From NCBI GenBank assembly GCA_965209035.1, contig OZ242372.1, positions 736,001-800,000 on the forward strand: a DNA stretch of 64,000 nt, in the 5' to 3' direction. A program made the translations under genes and the position numbers. Below, piece by piece: positions 1 through 8,677 of the stretch. Under the pieces are notes generated by a model. It was not told the origin of the DNA. It did no database searches and saw nothing but the letters and a program-made list of their open reading frames with translations. Origin of the DNA: Gammaproteobacteria bacterium (lineage in GTDB: Bacteria > Pseudomonadota > Gammaproteobacteria > CBDBNL01 > JAAOII01). Position 1 is the first letter of the stretch. Every line of letters begins with the position of its first letter.

Positions 1-1762
1 GTTTGGGTTTTAGTTGCACGGCTTGTAAAATGCGTTGCTGTCCCGGGGTGAGTGGGTGCGGGTTGTGGTAATAGTTGCCGATGGGATCGCGTTGGATAGT
101 TGCTTTGAAGTTGCGCAGTTCTTTGAGGATCTTCTTGGTGGTGACGATTTCCTCGGTCTTGTTTTTTTGCGGCGGCTGCGGTCGGGCATCTAGATCGGTG
201 AACGGCAGCATTTCGGTGGTCCACACGGTGGTGGGTGCGGGCTTTTGTTGGCGGAGGACATACCGCAAGCGGCGGATGGCGGCAAACGCCAGATAGCAGA
301 GGGCGAAATGGGCGCGGATGCGCTCGGGTTTCCAATGGAAGGTCGGGCGGATTTGCAGATCACTTTTAAGATCCCGGAAGCCGTGTTCAATGGCATACAG
401 TTGTTTGTAGTAAGTGTAGGCGGTTTGGTAGTCAATATTGGGCGAGGCCTGCACGCCATAGAGACCGATTTCTTGCATCGCCTGCTTGATGGCGGCGGTG
501 TTCAGTGTGGTGATGCCGTTGTTGGATAAGAACTTACGGATATCGGGATTGGTAATCCCCTGCAGGGCTTGGCGGTTGCCGCCGGTACTGTTTTGGGCCC
601 GCTTCAAGGCCAGATCCAGCTGATGGAGATCGCGGCGGGCGCGCTTGAAGGATAAGTTGGCATAATAATTGCGTGCCACGGTGCGCCGGTCATCGTCGGC
701 ACGTGGGCTGCGCGCCCGCGGTAGCAAGCCGAGCTCAAAGATACGGGCCCCGCCTTCAAAATCAAAGCTGTAGACCGCCGTGCGGATCTCTTTGGGTAAC
801 TTGCGTGGCGAACAGGCCATGACAAACTCATGCCCGGCCGCGGTAATCGCCGCCAAGTTGTCTTCACTGAGGAGGCCGTTGTCAGCAATCACCACCGTCT
901 TTTGGGCCCCCAGCCGCTGCTGCATCTCGTCCAAAGCCGGCAACAAGGTCGACACATCCGCCGTATTGCCGGTAAATAGTTTGTAGCCCAACGGCAAGCC
1001 ACAAGGCGTCATCCACATCCCAAAGACCACTTGCGTCCGATGGGCTTTGCCGTCTTTGGACCAACCCCTGCAGCGGAAGTCATCGGCCTGCACCGATTCA
1101 AAGTAAAAGGTCGTCGTGTCATACAGCAACAGCTGCACCGTCTTTTGGTTGAGCAATGCCAAGTTGGAACGTGCCACCCGCATCTGAATGCGCTCAATCG
1201 CGGCATCATCCAAATGATCCATCGCTTTATACATGCTGTCCTCAGACCAGCGGATCCCATATTCTTCTTCCAACAGCTGCGACAATTGCCGTTTACTAAT
1301 CCGCTCGGCCGTCAGCCGCCCCCAACTGAGCACCCGCAAACAGGCATTCAGCCGTTGGCGCCGCGGTGCCACCAACGTATCCAAGCCCATGGACGCAAAT
1401 AATTTCTCCATGACATAGGGCAGACCGTAACTGCGCGCACCCAGAGCCTGAACAAATAGTGTGGCACCCGCATTGTCTGCGCGCGTACTTTGCCGTTTTG
1501 CATGGCCACGACCACAACCGACAAACTTTTGATGCTGTGCCAAAAACACATTCACCGACTCGCTTTGTTTGAACTCCTTCTCCAAACGCACGCGCCGTTG
1601 CTCAACATCAGCACGCACCGTATCATACGCCGCACTACCGGCTTTGACCGCCGGGCTGGTATAGAGGGTCATATTCGTTGCGTTTTTGCTGCCGGATGGC
1701 TGAAAACAAAACACCACGGACAGAACCTGTCCCTTTTTTCGGGTAATTTCACGGATACGCAT
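1..1762 (-). CDS. IS1634-family DDE transposase, 3' end runs off the window
   Basis: Manual translation from ATG at 1762 (MRIREITRKKG...) is open to base 1. Motifs LLYDTTTFYFES, GWSKDGKAHRTQVVFG, LFTGNTAD, VIADNG, YKQLYAIEHGFRDLKSDLQIRPTFHWKPERIRAHFALCYLA are typical of IS1634. Not in the ORF track because there is no stop in the window. Confidence 0.9.
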   Translation of the reverse strand, partial: MRIREITRKKGQVLSVVFCFQPSGSKNATNMTLYTSPAVKAGSAAYDTVRADVEQRRVRLEKEFKQSESVNVFLAQHQKFVGCGRGHAKRQSTRADNAGATLFVQALGARSYGLPYVMEKLFASMGLDTLVAPRRQRLNACLRVLSWGRLTAERISKRQLSQLLEEEYGIRWSEDSMYKAMDHLDDAAIERIQMRVARSNLALLNQKTVQLLLYDTTTFYFESVQADDFRCRGWSKDGKAHRTQVVFGMWMTPCGLPLGYKLFTGNTADVSTLLPALDEMQQRLGAQKTVVIADNGLLSEDNLAAITAAGHEFVMACSPRKLPKEIRTAVYSFDFEGGARIFELGLLPRARSPRADDDRRTVARNYYANLSFKRARRDLHQLDLALKRAQNSTGGNRQALQGITNPDIRKFLSNNGITTLNTAAIKQAMQEIGLYGVQASPNIDYQTAYTYYKQLYAIEHGFRDLKSDLQIRPTFHWKPERIRAHFALCYLAFAAIRRLRYVLRQQKPAPTTVWTTEMLPFTDLDARPQPPQKNKTEEIVTTKKILKELRNFKATIQRDPIGNYYHNPHPLTPGQQRILQAVQLKPK

Positions 1763-1856
1763 AATATACCCTATAATTATACCCTGTAAAAACTCTAAAA
1801 AACCCTTATAAATACAAGAGTTTTTAAAAATCTAAAAATTTCTTTCCGAAGTCAAG
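1..1856 (-). mobile_element. IS1634-family insertion sequence (left end and transposase; right end outside window)
   Basis: Transposase plus AT-rich leader. Probable terminus CTTGACTTCGGAAAG... at 1856 (minus strand), where the upstream gene's Asp-rich repeat stops abruptly. Confidence 0.75.
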
Positions 1857-2459
1857 ATCGTTATCATCATCCTCACCGTCACCGTCATCGTCCATATCTT
1901 CCGTCAAGGGCGATGTCGTGCAACCCGGAACAAGGCTATCCGGATTGCCGTCATTATCCGTGTCGGTACTGGCACAGGCATCTGTCCGGAACGCATCTGC
2001 GCCATTCACAGTATCATCATCGTCAATATCTGTGCCTACACCCGCTCCCGCTCCCGTTGTGCTTGACACAGGAGGTGAGGTCCCGATAGTGCGGCTCTTA
2101 TAACGCACCGCAATCGTGATGTGATAGGTGATGTCATTGGTTAAGCCCGTAATGTTGTAGATGACCCGAGCAAGCGGCGCAACATCCGCCACGGTAGAAT
2201 TAAGTTCTGTTGTGCCACCATCGCTCGCATTGTCACGGCGTGCGGTAATAACGAACCCCGTGATATTATCCGAAGCCGGATTGGTCCAACCCACGAGAAT
2301 ATAATCCTCACCGACCAGAGTCTGGATATTGGAAACAGCCGGGGAATTCTGAGCAGCGGGATCGCCACCACCACCGCTGCCGCCACCGCCACAACCTGTC
2401 AGAACCAAACCGAACATACCCGCCAGCAGCACACCGTAAAAACGAGCCGGTATGCGCAT
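1824..2459 (-). pseudogene. Lipoprotein with FN3-like domain and thrombospondin type-3-like (DxDxDG) repeats, 3'-truncated by the IS
   Basis: Lipobox VLTGC followed by GGGGSGGGG; W-x-x-P...YNITGLTNDITY (FN3); DIDDDD/DAF, DTDNDGNPD, DDDGDGEDD repeats. Last 10 aa (LDFGKKFLDF) are read from the IS end. Likely start 2459 (ORF extends to 2603). Confidence 0.7.
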
Positions 2460-2859
2460 CCGTCGCGCCCTATTGGGTTCGGGAAAATTCTTAAAGGCAT
2501 TAAAAGCATTAAAAGTATTAAAGAGACGCACAGATACCGTGCCTCTTTGTTCGCGGCGCATTGCTTTCACCGACCGCACAGGAAAAAAGTGTAACTGATT
2601 CATTATTTTCTATTGTTTATTATTGTTTTCTGTTATGATTAATGGGGATTAGATACTTTGTGACCCATAAAAAAGTAAGTGCCATTATTATTACATTAAA
2701 AAGGAGAGTTGAGGAGTAAAATATGAGCATAAATACTGGTAAATACAAGAAAAAAGAGGGTTATTTTCTGTTCGAGACTCGAGACCTTCAGAATGGAAGT
2801 TTTGGCAGATCCCCAGGCTGTTTGCAATGGATCTTGAGGCAAATGGCAAATTTTTTGAA

Positions 2860-3047
2860 GTGCAGGGGAAGAGTTCGGTTGTCATATGCGGCATCTCTTG
2901 TTTAAGGATATGCCGGCATTCAACGCCAAACTCATCGAGTGGTTGGCTTGGTATCATCTGGAACGTCTCCATTATGCCCACAAACAACTCTCGCCGATCC
3001 AATTTTTACAAAAACAACAAAAGTCCGGGAATGGGTGGGATCATACA
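2860..3047 (+). pseudogene. IS481-like transposase C-terminal remnant (integrase core end)
   Basis: EEF..MRHLLFKD..AFNAKLIEWLAWYHLERLHYAHKQLSPIQF resembles the WY-N-x-x-R-P-H...SP end of rve cores; ends in ...TCATACA, compatible with the TGT/ACA termini of IS481. Confidence 0.55.
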
Positions 3048-3138
3048 AGCATTTTCAAAACTGAGCGGAGTCGAGTATAATGATTTAGCAACAGGTGTTG
3101 CGTTAGTGAGTTGAATTCAGCCTTATAATTATAGGTAA

Positions 3139-3894
3139 ATGTTGGAACTAAAGAATTTGGAAGCCGGTTATGGTCGTATTAAGATCTTAAACAACATTAA
3201 TATGTCGATTCCCGGGGGCAGTATCGTGGCATTATTAGGCGGAAACGGGACTGGCAAATCCACCTTGCTAAAAACTATTTCCGGACTGCTAAAAATTCAA
3301 GGCGGGACAATGATATTCAACAACGAACGCATAGACAATTTGCGACCGGACAAAATTGTCAAGAAGGGATTGGTACAAGTCACTCAAGCAAAAGAAGCAT
3401 TCGTCAATATGACCGTAGAAGAAAACTTAAAGGTCGGCGCTTTTGTCAAATCATCGGCAAAGGATCTTGCCCGCAACTTGGAAATTGTTTACGGCTATTT
3501 TCCGGACTTGAAAAACAAACGGCGACAGTTGTCCGGCAGTTTATCCGGCGGCCAATTGCAAATGCTCTGCATCGGGCGCGGGTTGATGAGCGAGCCCAAG
3601 ATGCTGATGTTGGATGAGCCCAGTGCGGCATTGGCACCGCGCGTGGTCTTGGATATCTTTCGCATCATCAACCGAATTCGCAAAAGCGGAATGACTGTGT
3701 TATTGGTGGAGCAAAATGTTCGGATGGCGTTATTATTGTCCTCTTACGGATATGTCATTAAGGACGGCATGATCCATCTGGAGGGGGCTGCGGACAAACT
3801 CATCTCGGATGACAATTTACGATTGTCATACCTTGGCGGAGGCACGGTGACGCGCCATCAAGAAGATAGCCAGCCGGATCAAAACTCTCCATAA
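3139..3894 (+). CDS. livF: Branched-chain amino acid-type ABC transporter ATP-binding protein (LivF-like)
   Basis: Walker A GGNGTGKST, LSGGQLQML, LDEPS, LLVEQN. Confidence 0.9.
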   Translation: MLELKNLEAGYGRIKILNNINMSIPGGSIVALLGGNGTGKSTLLKTISGLLKIQGGTMIFNNERIDNLRPDKIVKKGLVQVTQAKEAFVNMTVEENLKVGAFVKSSAKDLARNLEIVYGYFPDLKNKRRQLSGSLSGGQLQMLCIGRGLMSEPKMLMLDEPSAALAPRVVLDIFRIINRIRKSGMTVLLVEQNVRMALLLSSYGYVIKDGMIHLEGAADKLISDDNLRLSYLGGGTVTRHQEDSQPDQNSP

Positions 3895-3917
3895 TCTCTT
3901 CATACAAACAAACAAAA

Positions 3918-4808
3918 ATGGAATTTTTTATTGATCTCTTGATTGTCGGCATATCCGTAGGGATGATCTACGCACTGGTCGCTTTGGGGATCTCTTTAAT
4001 TTATTCCGGCTTGGATATCGTTCATTTTGCCCACGGTGAAATATATATGTTCGGAGCTTTCTTTGGTTTGGTTGCATACAGAGATTTGACTTTCATCTAC
4101 CCTCTGGCGTTAGTGGCTGCCATGATCATAACCGCCCTGTTTGGAATGTTAGTTGAACGCTTGTTTTACAGACGTCTTACGCGCACCGGCGGCGGCTATA
4201 CGGTTGCCGGCATGGGAATGATCATCTGCGGCTTCGGCATGTCCGTGGTCCTCCAAAATATTGCTTATTTGATCTGGTCGCCCAAGACATTTCCTTTCTT
4301 TGTTGATTTTGGTCTGCCGATGGAAGTCGGCAATCTGATTTTACCGAAAAGTTACTTATGGATCCTTTTAATCTCCTTGGGCCTAATGGTCAGTCTGCAC
4401 CTTTTCTTAAAGTACACCAAATGGGGGCGCGCTATTCGGGCTGTTGCCAATAACAAGGATATTGCTTTTTTGATGGGGATCAATGTTCCCGTCACTATTT
4501 CTCTTATTTTTGGGTTGGCATGTGCTCTGGCGGCGGCGGCGGGTGTCTTGGTAGGACCGATCAATACCGTCCAGGTTCAAATGGGGTATCTTATTCTCAT
4601 TAAATCTTTTGCCGCCGCCGTAGTAGGCGGTTTTGGCAGCTTGCCGGGCGCTATTGTGGGCGGCTTAACCGTCGGTATTGCGGAAACACTTGGCGCCGGC
4701 TATATTTCCGGCAGCCATAAAGATATCTATGCATTCCTACTTCTAATTCTTGTCCTAATGTTTCGACCGGGCGGCTTTTTGGGGCAACACTTTAAATCCA
4801 AAGCATAA
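3918..4808 (+). CDS. livH: Liv-type ABC permease (LivH-like)
   Basis: G.IYALVALG.SLIY, FAHGE, T.WGRAIRAVA, GGFGSLPGA. Confidence 0.9.
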   Translation: MEFFIDLLIVGISVGMIYALVALGISLIYSGLDIVHFAHGEIYMFGAFFGLVAYRDLTFIYPLALVAAMIITALFGMLVERLFYRRLTRTGGGYTVAGMGMIICGFGMSVVLQNIAYLIWSPKTFPFFVDFGLPMEVGNLILPKSYLWILLISLGLMVSLHLFLKYTKWGRAIRAVANNKDIAFLMGINVPVTISLIFGLACALAAAAGVLVGPINTVQVQMGYLILIKSFAAAVVGGFGSLPGAIVGGLTVGIAETLGAGYISGSHKDIYAFLLLILVLMFRPGGFLGQHFKSKA

Positions 4809-4819
4809 AGGTTGCCCCG

Positions 4820-4842
4820 GCCGGTTTAACCGGTTTTTTCTA
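4820..4842 (+). terminator. Possible intrinsic terminator after livH
   Basis: CCGGTTTAACCGG hairpin followed by a T-run. Confidence 0.35.
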
Positions 4843-4908
4843 TCTTTTCTTTTCTTTTCTTTTAATAACTCCCTCCCCCCCCTTCTCTATCCCTATCCCT
4901 ATCCCCTA

Positions 4909-5712
4909 ATGTCATACAGAGACGAGTTAACAGGACAAACGGCACTCATCACCGGCGGTAGCAAGGGGATTGGCAAAGCAATCGCGGATATTTTATACAG
5001 AGACGGCGCGGACATTTTATTGGTTGCTTCCCAAGAACGGGGGTTACAAAAAGCAAGGGAAGAGCTCTTACAACATCATCCTCAAAAAGGCAACATAGAG
5101 ATCCTGGCAACGGACTTGCGTCGGGCGGATAATTGCCGCAGACTCTATGAGGATGTGATCGCAAAGAGTAACACAAAACCCGCAATCCTTATTAATTCGG
5201 CGGGTGCCACCCGCGGCGGGGATTTTTTGGAATTAACAGACGATGACTGGCAGGACGGCTTTGCCCTCAAGTTTTATGCTTGTGTGCGTCTCTGCCGTCT
5301 GTTTTGGCAAGATCTGGCCGCCAATAACGGGCGGGTCGTCAATATTGTCGGGGGGTTTGCCCGCACACCGCATCCGGATTTTATGATAGGAGGATCAGTC
5401 AATGCCGCCATGACAAACTTTAGTAAGTCCTTGGCCGCCCGCGGAATTCGCGACGGTGTCAGAGTGAATGTTGTACATCCGGGCTCTACGCAATCGGATC
5501 GGCTGCTCAATGTTTTGAGGGACATTGCATCCGCATCCGACAAGACACCGGAACAAGTTCAAGAAGAGCGGTTTAAAGAAGAGGGAGTCCGTCGATTAGG
5601 TCAGCCGGAAGATGTTGCAAATCTTGTCCGATTTCTTGTCAGCCGGGAAGCCGAACATATTCAAGGAATATCCGTCTCGGTGGACGGCGGTGCGACCAAG
5701 AGTATCTTTTAG
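4909..5712 (+). CDS. Short-chain dehydrogenase/reductase (SDR)
   Basis: TGGSKGIG, LINSAG, VNVVHPG, VDGG; lacks a canonical YxxxK (atypical subfamily). Confidence 0.85.
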   Translation: MSYRDELTGQTALITGGSKGIGKAIADILYRDGADILLVASQERGLQKAREELLQHHPQKGNIEILATDLRRADNCRRLYEDVIAKSNTKPAILINSAGATRGGDFLELTDDDWQDGFALKFYACVRLCRLFWQDLAANNGRVVNIVGGFARTPHPDFMIGGSVNAAMTNFSKSLAARGIRDGVRVNVVHPGSTQSDRLLNVLRDIASASDKTPEQVQEERFKEEGVRRLGQPEDVANLVRFLVSREAEHIQGISVSVDGGATKSIF

Positions 5713-5729
5713 AACCGACCCCGCCCCCC

Positions 5730-6620
5730 TTATTTTTTGGCGTTGTTCATCTTCCGTATTTTTTTCATCAGATCCACCTGTCTTTTCGCCCCGGCAAAAA
5801 TCGGATAATCCACAAAGTTGCCGCGCACCTTGATCGCGGCGATTCCCTGTTTTTCCGCTTTACGAAACTCTCTCACAATCGCAAGAGACAAATCATATTC
5901 TTCGGCGGAAGGAGAAAAGCCGGCATTAATGTCGGGTAACTGGCAGGGATGAATACAGGCCTTTCCTTGAAAACCGATTTTACGCGCGACGGCGGCTGAT
6001 CGTCGCAGACCTTCGGTGTCCTCTAAAATCGGGTAGGATGTATCAATCGGGGCTTCCAAACCATGCGCCCGAGCGGCCGTTACCAACTGATGGCGTGCCG
6101 TAACAATTGCCTCTTCGGACGCATCCCAGATTCTGTCCGTATCCGCACAAAAGTCCCAAGAACCAAAAGAAAGTTTTTTTATTCTGCCGGCGGCCGCGCA
6201 AATTGCATTCAAGGCAATGAACCCCTTCGCTGTTTCAATCACCGGGATAATCTCGGTCCCGGTACGGGAGTACTCGCGTTCCAAAGCGTTGACAAGCCAA
6301 TTCAATATGTGGCAGTCCGCCGCGGTTTCAATTTTTGGGACAATAAACCCTTTAATGAACCCTTTAATCTCCGCCCGCATTAATTGACACATATCGCCAT
6401 AGGTTCTGTCAGCCGCCAAAGTATTCAAGCGGACATAAAAGCGGCGCGTCGGATTTTTGGCAACTCGGATGATTGTCTTTAAAGCCCTGTCCTTCTCGCC
6501 GGGCGGTACCGCGTCTTCAAGGTCAACCGCCACCTGGTCCGCATCGCTCAGCAAGGCCTTACGCATCTTCGCCTCCTCGTGGCCCGGCGCAAAGAGGACG
6601 CTACGAAAGAGTTCAGTCAT
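5730..6620 (-). CDS. CitE/malyl-CoA lyase-like (HpcH/HpaI) CoA-ester lyase
   Basis: RSVLFAPG, DLEDAVP, VRLN, PKIE, IETAKG, GFQGKACIHPCQ. Confidence 0.85.
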   Translation of the reverse strand: MTELFRSVLFAPGHEEAKMRKALLSDADQVAVDLEDAVPPGEKDRALKTIIRVAKNPTRRFYVRLNTLAADRTYGDMCQLMRAEIKGFIKGFIVPKIETAADCHILNWLVNALEREYSRTGTEIIPVIETAKGFIALNAICAAAGRIKKLSFGSWDFCADTDRIWDASEEAIVTARHQLVTAARAHGLEAPIDTSYPILEDTEGLRRSAAVARKIGFQGKACIHPCQLPDINAGFSPSAEEYDLSLAIVREFRKAEKQGIAAIKVRGNFVDYPIFAGAKRQVDLMKKIRKMNNAKK

Positions 6621-7788
6621 TCTCGGAGGCAGTACAGTCTTTGATCAGGTAGTCTTTAATGACCTCTTCGTCCGGGTCCGCTCCCAATCCGGGCAAGTCA
6701 CTCGGCTGATAAAACCCTTCTGTCGGTGCAATCAATCCGTTAAACAGATCCGCTTCCGGTTCAATAAAAAATCTCTCCACCATCGGCGGGTGTTTCTCGG
6801 CGGCACACAAATGAATCGTTGCCAATAAGCCGGGGCCAAAATAAGCGGAATGTGGCGCGAGATGAACAGCCCGATGTTGCCGCACCAACCGGGCAATCTT
6901 AACAAACTCGGTAATACCGCCGACCTTGGTGACACTCGGTTGAACAAAATCAACGGCACCGCAACCAAGAAGTTGCCGAAAGGCATGCAAAGTACTTGCA
7001 TTCTCTCCGGCCGCTATCGCAACAGGCTTCCCGGTTTGTCTTCCGACTTGTCTTCCGGTTTGTCTTAATGCCGCCAAAGATTCGTAATCATCCGGCGGAA
7101 AGATGGGTTCTTCCAACCACATGAGATCATAGGGTTGAAAGCGAGAGACGGCAGTACGCGCCTCCGGCAAACTCCAACAACAGTTAACATCGGTTGCCAA
7201 CGGAATATCGTCGCCAATTTCTTTGCGCGCCGCCTCTATTTCCCTCTCGTTATTCTCGTGGAGTTTAATCGCCTTGTAACCCAACTCCAAGGCACGCCGA
7301 CAGTTTGCCCGCACCGTCTCCGAGTCTCCGTACTTAAACAAACTGGCATAGGCGGTCAACTTCGGGACGGGGACGGTGACACTCCGCGCACCCTCATGCT
7401 CCGTTTCGCACAAAAGAGCGAACAAAGGTTTGCCCGCAAGTTTTCCTTTCAGATCCCAAAGAGCGATGTCCGCACCCGCAAGAGCAAACATCCCGATACC
7501 GGAATGCCCGTATGTATGCATTTGTTGTCGCACGCTGTGCATCAGATCGTCGATCTTGTCGACTGACTTTCCCACCAAAAGAGGAACAAACATATCACGC
7601 AACGCAAACACCACGGCTCTCCAACAAGAGTAACCGAAAGATTCCCCCCAGCCTACCGCCCCCTCGTCTGTCTCAATTCTTACCAAGACCACACAAATAC
7701 TCTTCCAATCCGCCCCCTTGAAGCCGCCGGCACCGAGAGTATCCACAGGCAATCGCAAGGGAAAAATTTGAATGTCTTTAATAATCAT
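6613..7788 (-). CDS. Mandelate racemase/muconate lactonizing (enolase superfamily) enzyme
   Basis: G.VGWGE, DIALWDLKGK..GKPL..LL; metal ligands D(VN), (L)EEP, (G)EN; APH. Confidence 0.88.
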   Translation of the reverse strand: MIIKDIQIFPLRLPVDTLGAGGFKGADWKSICVVLVRIETDEGAVGWGESFGYSCWRAVVFALRDMFVPLLVGKSVDKIDDLMHSVRQQMHTYGHSGIGMFALAGADIALWDLKGKLAGKPLFALLCETEHEGARSVTVPVPKLTAYASLFKYGDSETVRANCRRALELGYKAIKLHENNEREIEAARKEIGDDIPLATDVNCCWSLPEARTAVSRFQPYDLMWLEEPIFPPDDYESLAALRQTGRQVGRQTGKPVAIAAGENASTLHAFRQLLGCGAVDFVQPSVTKVGGITEFVKIARLVRQHRAVHLAPHSAYFGPGLLATIHLCAAEKHPPMVERFFIEPEADLFNGLIAPTEGFYQPSDLPGLGADPDEEVIKDYLIKDCTASEND

Positions 7789-7849
7789 CCATGATCATCC
7801 ATAATCATCCCGGTATGGCACCCCAGTCCATTTGAACTAGCTGTTTCCA

Positions 7850-8662
7850 TTATAGATTCTTGCGGAATCTGCGAAAATTGGGCTTGCGTTTTTCCAAGAA
7901 CGCCTTGGCGCCTTCTTCCTGCTCCCCCGTTGCAAAGTAACCCGGTGCAATTTGCCGGACCATCTCGTCTTGCCGCAAAGACAAAACGGATGCCATCTGA
8001 TGTCTAAAAGTTTCTTTAAGAATTTTTAAACAAGTGGGCGATAAAGACAACATATCCGCGGCCCATGCGGACACCTCCGCGTCCAGATCCTCATAAGGAA
8101 CGACCGCGTTAACCAGCCCCCAATCCAGCATTTTTGCCGCCGAATATCGGCGGCATGTCAGCCACATTTCTCTGGCGCGCTTGTGTCCCAGAATATTTGC
8201 CAAATGGGCGACAGTGGCACCCGCCGCCGGCGAACCCACCCTCGGCCCGTTTTGGCCAAAGACCGCGTGCTCGGCTGCGATGGTCAAGTCACAATAGTAT
8301 GCCATGTGGTTTCCCCCGCCGATGGCGTAACCATTGACACGTGCAATCACCGGTTTGGGACACTCCGTCAAATGCCGGTGTAATTCATACTCATGCTTCT
8401 TAAATTCTTTCGTTGCCTCCCAATTGACATCGCCACCGGAACAAAAGGCGCGTTCCCCGGCCCCCGTAAGAACAATGACGCCAACTTGCGGGTCTTCGGC
8501 TGCAATTTTTAAAGCACTTTGAATTTCATTCAAAGTAACGGGAGTAAACGCATTAAGAACCTGCGGGCGATTAATGGTGATGCGAGCAACTTCATCTCGC
8601 ACCTCATAAATAATATCCTTAAACGAAGCCACTTTTAATACCGCGTTTAATGCCACTTTCAA
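7850..8662 (-). CDS. Crotonase-family enzyme, MenB/BadI-like
   Basis: ITINRP, AFCSGGD, KPVIARVNGYAIGGG, FGQNGPRVGS, KRAREMW, EG.KAFLEKRKP.F. Confidence 0.8.
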   Translation of the reverse strand: MKVALNAVLKVASFKDIIYEVRDEVARITINRPQVLNAFTPVTLNEIQSALKIAAEDPQVGVIVLTGAGERAFCSGGDVNWEATKEFKKHEYELHRHLTECPKPVIARVNGYAIGGGNHMAYYCDLTIAAEHAVFGQNGPRVGSPAAGATVAHLANILGHKRAREMWLTCRRYSAAKMLDWGLVNAVVPYEDLDAEVSAWAADMLSLSPTCLKILKETFRHQMASVLSLRQDEMVRQIAPGYFATGEQEEGAKAFLEKRKPNFRRFRKNL

Positions 8663-8677
8663 TATTCTTCAATGTTT

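Noticed and set aside
75-1789. Many short ORFs suggesting a decayed region
   Set aside because: They are shadows of one uninterrupted minus-strand transposase frame that lacks a stop inside the window.
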